DNA of 64,000 nucleotides, taken from a bacterium. Lineage in GTDB: Bacteria > Sysuimicrobiota > Sysuimicrobiia > Sysuimicrobiales > Humicultoraceae. How positions within the stretch are numbered: the first letter of the stretch is position 1; each line of letters starts with the position of its first letter. Shown in pieces: positions 58,361-64,000 of this stretch. The position numbers and the translations under genes were made by a program. The stretch is taken from the NCBI GenBank assembly GCA_031082185.1, contig JAVHLI010000004.1:11608-75607 (forward strand). Direction: 5' to 3'. The notes under the pieces were generated by a model, which made no database searches, had not been told where the DNA came from, and saw only the letters and a program-made list of their open reading frames with translations.

Positions 58361-59980
58361 CTACTGCGTTCCCGCGACCCAGCGGTAGGTCTGGAAGTCG
58401 AACAGGCCCGAGGCATCGAACAGGACGTTGACCATGCGCTTCGTGACGGCCGTCCGGGCATTCGCGTAGTACAGTGTGACCACCGGCAACTCGTCCGCGA
58501 AGACCTCCTGGAACCGATCGTACACGGCGCGCCGCTTGGTGGGATCCGCGGTCTTCACGCCCTCGTCGAGAACCTGATCCATCAGCGCGATCGAGTGGTG
58601 GCTGAGGTTGTACTGACCGCCGGTGCGATACTGCGAGGAGACGTCAGGATCGGTGGGACCTGCCCATCCCATCAGGCCCAGATCGTAGTTGCCCGCTCGC
58701 ACTGCGGCCATGTGCGTTGGGAAGTCGGCCTTCTGGATCTCCGCCTTGACGCCCGCGGCTATGAGGTTTTCCCGGATGATGTCGGCCGAACGCTCACGTA
58801 TGATGTTGCCGGTCGGCACCCGCAGGATGACGGTCCTGTTGAAGTCCCACCCGGCCTCCGTCAGCAAGGCACGGGCCCGGGCGGTGTCAAAGGGCCACGG
58901 CCGCACCTTCTTGTTGAAGTAGGGGTTGGCCGGCGGAATAGGCCCCTCGGCCAGCTCTCCCTCGCCCTTGAGCAACTGGCTGACCATCAGTGGCCGGTTG
59001 ACGGCATGGGCAAACGCGCGACGCACGCGCTTGTCCTGCAGGTACGGCCTCTGGAAGTTAAACAGCATGTACTGGTAGCCAGGGGCCGGGAAAGAGACGG
59101 CGCGGACGTGAGCCATACCCTTCACGCGGTCCCAGTCCTCGATCATGACCTCGCCGATGCCGAACCCGGCGCTGACGTCGAGGTCGCCCCGCTCAATTTG
59201 CGCAAGCATCGTCGCGGGCGGAATGATGCGCACGAAGACGCGGCGCACGTTTGGAGCGCCCAGGTGGTAGTTCTCGTTCAGCAGGAACTCGACAAACTGG
59301 TCGGTCTTGTACTGCACAAACTTGTAGGGGCCGTTTCCCACGGTCGGATTGTGGAAGAACGGATGCCGGGCGAGCTGGTCGGGCGGCACCTCGCCCAGGA
59401 CGTGCTTGGGCAGAATGTAGACGTTGGCTCCGAACATCTCCAGGAACATGATCGGGTCCACCGGCGTGGTGGTCTTGATCTCAAACTTCTTGGGCTCCAG
59501 GATCCGGAAGCCCAACTGCGCGCCTGCCGCACGCTTCCCCCGCGCGTCCAAGCCGGCGACGGAGGCGATCTGGGCGCCCCGGTTGGTCTCGGTCCTGGGA
59601 TCACTGATGGTCATGAGGGTGAACAGCACGTCCTCGGCGGTGACGGGCTTGCCGTCGTGCCAGGCGGCCCGCGGGTGAATCGTGAAGGTGTAGGTCTGGT
59701 TGTCTGCCCCGATCTCCCACCTGCTGGCGAGGGCCGGGAAGAACTTCATCTGGTTGTTCTCCACCCGCGCTTCAACCATGCCCATGAACATGAAGCGGAC
59801 GCAGTAGAACCCGTAGGAGCTGTCGGTGTTGATGGGGTTGAAGTTGTTGGGCGGGCTCCACATACCTGCCACGGCAACGAACTCCGACTTGGGACCGCCC
59901 CAGACCCCTGCGGGCAGCAACAGGCCGGCAATGAGGACGATTGCGATGGCACCGGTCAACCTGGCGCGCAAACCTTTCAT
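58361..59980 (-). CDS. ABC transporter substrate-binding protein, family 5.
   Basis: The start is trimmed to MKGLRARLTGAIAIVLIAG (signal peptide), with GGGGAGGG upstream. Confidence 0.85.
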   Translation of the reverse strand: MKGLRARLTGAIAIVLIAGLLLPAGVWGGPKSEFVAVAGMWSPPNNFNPINTDSSYGFYCVRFMFMGMVEARVENNQMKFFPALASRWEIGADNQTYTFTIHPRAAWHDGKPVTAEDVLFTLMTISDPRTETNRGAQIASVAGLDARGKRAAGAQLGFRILEPKKFEIKTTTPVDPIMFLEMFGANVYILPKHVLGEVPPDQLARHPFFHNPTVGNGPYKFVQYKTDQFVEFLLNENYHLGAPNVRRVFVRIIPPATMLAQIERGDLDVSAGFGIGEVMIEDWDRVKGMAHVRAVSFPAPGYQYMLFNFQRPYLQDKRVRRAFAHAVNRPLMVSQLLKGEGELAEGPIPPANPYFNKKVRPWPFDTARARALLTEAGWDFNRTVILRVPTGNIIRERSADIIRENLIAAGVKAEIQKADFPTHMAAVRAGNYDLGLMGWAGPTDPDVSSQYRTGGQYNLSHHSIALMDQVLDEGVKTADPTKRRAVYDRFQEVFADELPVVTLYYANARTAVTKRMVNVLFDASGLFDFQTYRWVAGTQ

Positions 59981-60044
59981 CCTTTTCCCTCCCCGGTAGA
60001 GCGTGTCGCGGAATTCCATATCCATAAATGTTACCCTAGTCTAC

Positions 60045-60938
60045 TCATAGTTTCAAGCTGGGGTCGAGCGCGTCGCGCAGGCCGTCGCCCACGAAGTTAA
60101 TCGTCAGCACCGAGATGAGTATCATGAACCCCGGCGGCACCCAAAGCCAGGGCATCTGCTCCAGCACCGTGAGCGACTGCGCGTCGGTAAGCATGTTGCC
60201 CCAGGAGGGCGTGGGCGGCTGCACCCCCATCCCCAGGAAGGACAGCGCCGCCTCCACCAGGATGGCATTGGCCGTCCCGAACGTTGCGGCCACCAGCACC
60301 GGGGCCATCGCGTTGGGAAGCAGGTGGCGCATCACGACCGCGGGATCCGACGCGCCGATTGCGCGGGCCGCCTGCACGAACTCCTGATGGCGTAGCGCCA
60401 GCACCTGGCCGCGTACCAGGCGGGCCACGGCAGGCCACCCCAGCAGACCCAGCACGATGATGACGTTCCACAGACTCGGCCTGCCGAAGACGCTTACCGC
60501 GAACAGAATGATAATGAGCGGCGGGAACGAGAGCATGATGTCCATGATCCGGCTCAGTACCAGATCCACGGCTCCACCGTAGTATCCGGCAATCGCGCCC
60601 ACGGAAGTACCAATGAGGACGTACATCGTGACGGCCAAGATCCCTACGCTCAGAGAGACGCGCGCAGCGTAGATCAGGCGGCTCAGCACGTCGCGGCCGA
60701 CGCTGTCGGTGCCCAGGAGATGCACGGAGGAAGGCCGCCCCTGGAAGATGGCAGCATCAATCGTTGTCGGGCTGTGCGGCGCCAGCAACGGCGCGGCCAC
60801 CGCCATGATGGCGAGCATTCCCAGCGCGACGATCCCGACAACCGCAAGCCGGTGGCGTATAAATCGACGGAAGGCCAGCGACCAGAAGGAGGCGGTCCGA
60901 GAGGGGGCCCACTCACTCATAGCGGATACGCGGGTCAA
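60045..60938 (-). CDS. ABC transporter permease (DppC/OppC type).
   Basis: 297 aa, TM-rich, with the BPD_transp_1 pattern. Confidence 0.85.
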   Translation of the reverse strand: MTRVSAMSEWAPSRTASFWSLAFRRFIRHRLAVVGIVALGMLAIMAVAAPLLAPHSPTTIDAAIFQGRPSSVHLLGTDSVGRDVLSRLIYAARVSLSVGILAVTMYVLIGTSVGAIAGYYGGAVDLVLSRIMDIMLSFPPLIIILFAVSVFGRPSLWNVIIVLGLLGWPAVARLVRGQVLALRHQEFVQAARAIGASDPAVVMRHLLPNAMAPVLVAATFGTANAILVEAALSFLGMGVQPPTPSWGNMLTDAQSLTVLEQMPWLWVPPGFMILISVLTINFVGDGLRDALDPSLKL

Positions 60939-61863
60939 CCAACGAGTATGTGATGTCGGCCAGCAGGTTGCCCAGCGTCACCAGCAGCGCGGTGATCAAG
61001 GTTATCCCCATCAGCACCGGGTAGTCACGCTGGTTGATCGCCTCGATGGTGAGACGTCCCATGCCCGGCCATTCGAAGATCTGCTCGGTGATTACGGCGC
61101 CGCCCAGCAGCGCCGGGATCTGCAGCCCGGCGAGCGTGACGACCGGGATCAGGGCGTTGCGCAGCGCGTGCCGCCGGAGAACGGTGGCCTCGGCGAGTCC
61201 CTTGGCTCGGGCGGTTCGAACGAAGTCCTGCCCCAGCACCTCCAGCATGCTCGACCGCACGTACCGGGTAAGGGCGCCTGCCCCGGCCACGGCCAGGACC
61301 GAGGCGGGCAGGATCAGGTGCAGGAGCAGGTCGAGCAGTCCTCCGTCGCCGCCGAGGGTCATCGTACCGCCCACGGGCAGCCACCGGAGCCGCAGTGCAA
61401 ACACGTAGATGCCGACCAGCCCCAGGAAGAAGGTGGGCAGACTGATGCCCAGGAAGGCGAGGAAGGTAGCCGCGTAGTCAATCCACGTGTACCGCCGCGT
61501 GGCTACCACCACCCCAATGGGAACCGCGATTAAGTACGAAAGGAGCAGCGAGGTAACGGTCAGCGTGAGTGTGGGCGCCACCCGCTCGCCAACCCTCTTC
61601 GTGACCGGCGCGCCCGTGCTGTAAGAGTACCCTAGGTTGCCGTGGACCAGCTCGTTGAGCCACTTCGCGTAGCGCACGTAGACCGGCTGGTCAAGACCCA
61701 AGGCGCGCCGCTTGATCTCGACGTCGGCCTGGCTCATGCCGGGATTGACCAACATCTGCACCGGGTCGCCGGGCGTCAGCGACATGATGAAGTAGCTCAT
61801 CACCGTGATCCCGAACAGGATGGGGATGGTGACAAGCGCGCGGCGGATCAAGTAACGCTGCAT
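60913..61863 (-). CDS. ABC transporter permease (DppB/OppB type).
   Basis: MQRYLIRRALVTIPILFGITVMSYFIM is the typical N-terminus. Confidence 0.85.
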   Translation of the reverse strand: MQRYLIRRALVTIPILFGITVMSYFIMSLTPGDPVQMLVNPGMSQADVEIKRRALGLDQPVYVRYAKWLNELVHGNLGYSYSTGAPVTKRVGERVAPTLTLTVTSLLLSYLIAVPIGVVVATRRYTWIDYAATFLAFLGISLPTFFLGLVGIYVFALRLRWLPVGGTMTLGGDGGLLDLLLHLILPASVLAVAGAGALTRYVRSSMLEVLGQDFVRTARAKGLAEATVLRRHALRNALIPVVTLAGLQIPALLGGAVITEQIFEWPGMGRLTIEAINQRDYPVLMGITLITALLVTLGNLLADITYSLVDPRIRYE

Positions 61864-61909
61864 GATCAGTGATGATTCTTGCGTGGCGCCGCGAACCCCT
61901 CCCCGGGCA

Positions 61910-61977
61910 CCTCAGATCCCTGCGCGCCTCAGATCCCTGCGCACCCAAGATCCCCGGGCGCCTCAGAGGGGTCATCC
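61910..61977. repeat. Four tandem 17-bp direct repeats: cctcagatccctgcgcg / cctcagatccctgcgca / cccaagatccccgggcg / cctcagaggggtcatcc.
   Basis: Seen directly in the 137-bp divergent intergenic region between the permease start (61863) and the DUF898 start (62001). Confidence 0.8.
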
Positions 61978-62000
61978 GGCGGGCCGCCGAACTCCGCCGC

Positions 62001-62981
62001 ATGGACATCGCGCGGACCGACACAGCAGGCAGGCCGGAGGTTCGGCTCTCGTTCAGCGGCGACGGCGGAACCCTCTTCGGGATTCACATCATCAACCTGC
62101 TCTTAGGCATCGTTACCCTGGGGATCTACTACTTCTGGGGCAAGGTCAGGGTGCAGCGGTTTCTTCACAGCCAGATGGAGTTCGACGGAGACCGGTTCGC
62201 CTATCACGGCACTGGCGTCGAACTGCTGGTCGGATTCCTCAAGACGCTGGGGCTGGTCGTGCTGGGCATGATCGGCCTGGCCCTGCTCCAGCTCTTTGGA
62301 GCACGCCCCGAGACCGTCTCCGTGGCCACGCTCCTGATCTACCCGGTCCTGCTCGTGGTGATACCGGTGGCCATCGCCGGTTCACGGCGGTACCGTCTGA
62401 GCCGTGCATCGTGGCGGGGCATCCGGTTTTCGTTCCGCGGACAGACAGGTGCGTTCGTCAAGATGTTCGTCTCAGGGGCGCTGCTGACCGTGATCACCTT
62501 CGGCCTGTACTACCCGTTCTTCTACAACAACATGTGGCGGCTTCTGATAAGCAACACCTACTACGGGACCGTGCGGTTCGAGTTCGACGGGAGCGGCGCC
62601 GACCTGTTCGGCAGTTTCCTCCTGGCAGTCGTGCTGACACCGCTGACCCTCGGCCTCTACTGGTTCTGGTTTACCGCGCATCGGCAGCGGTACATGTGGA
62701 CGCGTACCTCGTTTGCGGCCGCGCGGTTCCGCTGCACCGTGACAGGGGGCCGGCTGTTCCGGCTCACGCTGGGCAACGGGCTGTTGCTGTTCATAACCCT
62801 GGGGCTGGCGTTCCCCTGGGTGCAGGCCCGCAACATCCGGTTCCTGTGCGGCACTCTCGCCGTCGAGGGCCTGCCGGAGATGGACGCGATCCGGCAGGAA
62901 GCCCAGGCGGCTTCGCCGACAGGTGAGGCGATCGCCGACTTCCTGGGTCTCGACTTCCCCGGCCTGGCCCCGGGCTGGTAG
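62001..62981 (+). CDS. DUF898 (YjgN-like) inner membrane protein.
   Basis: Starts at Met45 of ORF 61869..62981. It has three repeated modules (R.SWRGIRFSF.G; GTVRFEFDG; ARFRCTVTGG), each followed by paired TM helices. Confidence 0.7.
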   Translation: MDIARTDTAGRPEVRLSFSGDGGTLFGIHIINLLLGIVTLGIYYFWGKVRVQRFLHSQMEFDGDRFAYHGTGVELLVGFLKTLGLVVLGMIGLALLQLFGARPETVSVATLLIYPVLLVVIPVAIAGSRRYRLSRASWRGIRFSFRGQTGAFVKMFVSGALLTVITFGLYYPFFYNNMWRLLISNTYYGTVRFEFDGSGADLFGSFLLAVVLTPLTLGLYWFWFTAHRQRYMWTRTSFAAARFRCTVTGGRLFRLTLGNGLLLFITLGLAFPWVQARNIRFLCGTLAVEGLPEMDAIRQEAQAASPTGEAIADFLGLDFPGLAPGW

Positions 62982-63001
62982 GAGCCGCGGCACCACCGCC
63001 G

Positions 63002-64000
63002 ATGAGGACGCGCCTGAGCACGACGTGGCCGGGCTCCTACTACGATGGCAGGACCGCTAACCGCAGGCCGGTCACCATCACGGTTATGGCCACGGGCCTG
63101 CGCCTTGTCACCGAGGAGGGCACGTTCCTCTGGTGGCCGTATGAACAACTCCATCTGGCACAGGGCGCGCTGCCCGGGGAGCAGACCAGGATCGAACGGG
63201 GATCGGCGCCCTCCGAAACGCTCGTGGTCTCCGATGAAACATTCCTCTCCGCGATCCGCGAAGGAGCACCGGCGGCAGGTCGGCACCTCCTCCCTGCGTT
63301 CAGACGGCGGCACTGGGCCGGCGTGGTCCTGCTGGCCGGAGCCGGGGTCATCGTCGCCGGGTTAGCCGTCTACTTGTGGGGCATTCCTGCGCTGGCCGAC
63401 CTGGCCGCCGGGCAAATGCCACCGGCCTGGGAGGAACGGCTGGGCCAGGCAGCGCTGGAGTCCCTGGCGCCTCCTGAGCACCGGTGCGCAGATACGGAGC
63501 GCGACGCCGCCCTCAGCGAGATCGTGGCCAGGCTGGCCGCGGCAGGTCCTGGGAGCGCCTACACCTTCCGGATCACCGTGCTGGACCAGCCCGCGGTCAA
63601 CGCCTTCGCGGCGCCCGGAGGACACCTGATCGTCCACCTGGGGCTGTTGGCGGCGACGCAGACACCCGCGGAGCTGGCCGGGGTGCTGGCCCACGAGATG
63701 CAGCACGTCCTGCACCGCCACGGCACGAAGGCGCTGTTTCGGGAGGTCTCGATGAGGGTGCTGCTGAGTCTGGTGGTGGGCGACGCCGGTGGGCTGAGCC
63801 AGGCCCTGGAAACAGCCGGAACACTGGGCCAACTGCGCTACCGGCGCCAAGACGAGGAGACCGCGGACCGCGACGGCATGAACCTGATCCAGGCGGCGCG
63901 CATTGATCCCCATGGGATGATCAGCTTTCTGCGCCGGCTCAGCAGGGAGGAATCCGGCGCGCCCCGCAGCCTGGCCTACCTGTCAACGCACCCGCTGACC
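63002..64000 (+). CDS. M48 family zinc metallopeptidase with an N-terminal extension. The C-terminus is cut by the window end.
   Basis: My own translation from ATG 63002: MRTRLSTTWPGSYYDGRTANRRPVTITVMATGLRL...WAGVVLLAGAGVIVAGLAVYLWG (TM)...GVLAHEMQHVLHRHG (HExxH)...LSTHPLT. This ORF is absent from the supplied track because it has no stop codon inside the window. Confidence 0.8.
   Translation, partial: MRTRLSTTWPGSYYDGRTANRRPVTITVMATGLRLVTEEGTFLWWPYEQLHLAQGALPGEQTRIERGSAPSETLVVSDETFLSAIREGAPAAGRHLLPAFRRRHWAGVVLLAGAGVIVAGLAVYLWGIPALADLAAGQMPPAWEERLGQAALESLAPPEHRCADTERDAALSEIVARLAAAGPGSAYTFRITVLDQPAVNAFAAPGGHLIVHLGLLAATQTPAELAGVLAHEMQHVLHRHGTKALFREVSMRVLLSLVVGDAGGLSQALETAGTLGQLRYRRQDEETADRDGMNLIQAARIDPHGMISFLRRLSREESGAPRSLAYLSTHPLT

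Noticed and set aside
58595-60100. A 501-aa plus-strand ORF.
   Set aside because: It is antisense to the family-5 SBP gene and has an R/G/P/H-rich composition.

Overview
This is a high-GC (about 68-70%) bacterial chromosomal segment, densely packed with genes. Most have strong GGAGG-type ribosome-binding sites and 1-4 nt start/stop overlaps. I found no rRNA, tRNA, CRISPR array, transposase or integrase. Coordinates come from the supplied ORF coordinates plus codon counting; the exact extent of any feature that I could not anchor to an ORF is approximate.

Main content, left to right:
- Two tandem paralogous M20 amidohydrolases on the minus strand, divergent from a GNAT-like acyltransferase and an enolase-superfamily OSBS/N-succinylamino-acid racemase. 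This matches the D-to-L amino acid conversion / N-acyl amino acid module.
- A UPF0182 membrane protein, a DUF59 Fe-S protein, a lipoprotein, and a HepT(HEPN)/MntA(nucleotidyltransferase) toxin-antitoxin pair.
- An AMIN + phosphodiester-glycosidase protein, an MFS transporter, a small sulfite-oxidase-family Moco protein, and pth plus L25(Ctc).
- An MBL-fold hydrolase, an XPB-like helicase and a Bax1/DUF790 nuclease, followed by ribokinase.
- A pstSCAB-phoU operon. It continues into an ArsC/LMW-PTP-family gene and then inorganic pyrophosphatase. The ArsC gene has its catalytic cysteine codon replaced by an in-frame TGA. It has a strong RBS upstream and a hairpin just downstream, so it is a candidate selenoprotein (or a fresh pseudogene).
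- A DUF47 (PhoU-like) domain fused to an OmpR/PhoB-type winged-helix DNA-binding domain, sitting immediately upstream of pst.
- A DEAD-box helicase with a long leader, dCMP deaminase, glnA, a PlsY-acyl-ACP-reductase-like fusion, upp and glyA.
- A conserved rho-rpmE-tdk-prfA-prmC-rpiB block, a transaldolase, an SLH-domain protein and argS.
- An anhydro-MurNAc/MurNAc recycling cluster: anmK, murQ, a BadF-type kinase, a beta-lactamase-like hydrolase, an ABC importer without its ATPase, a GNAT and murR.
- A large fused membrane / spermidine-synthase-like protein, pcm, an orphan radical SAM protein, mazEF, a third M20 peptidase with a second ATPase-less peptide ABC importer, a 4 x 17-bp tandem repeat in a divergent promoter, a DUF898 membrane protein and an M48 peptidase (truncated by the window end).

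Many long ORFs in the six-frame track lie antisense to or overlap these genes and are GC-driven artefacts.
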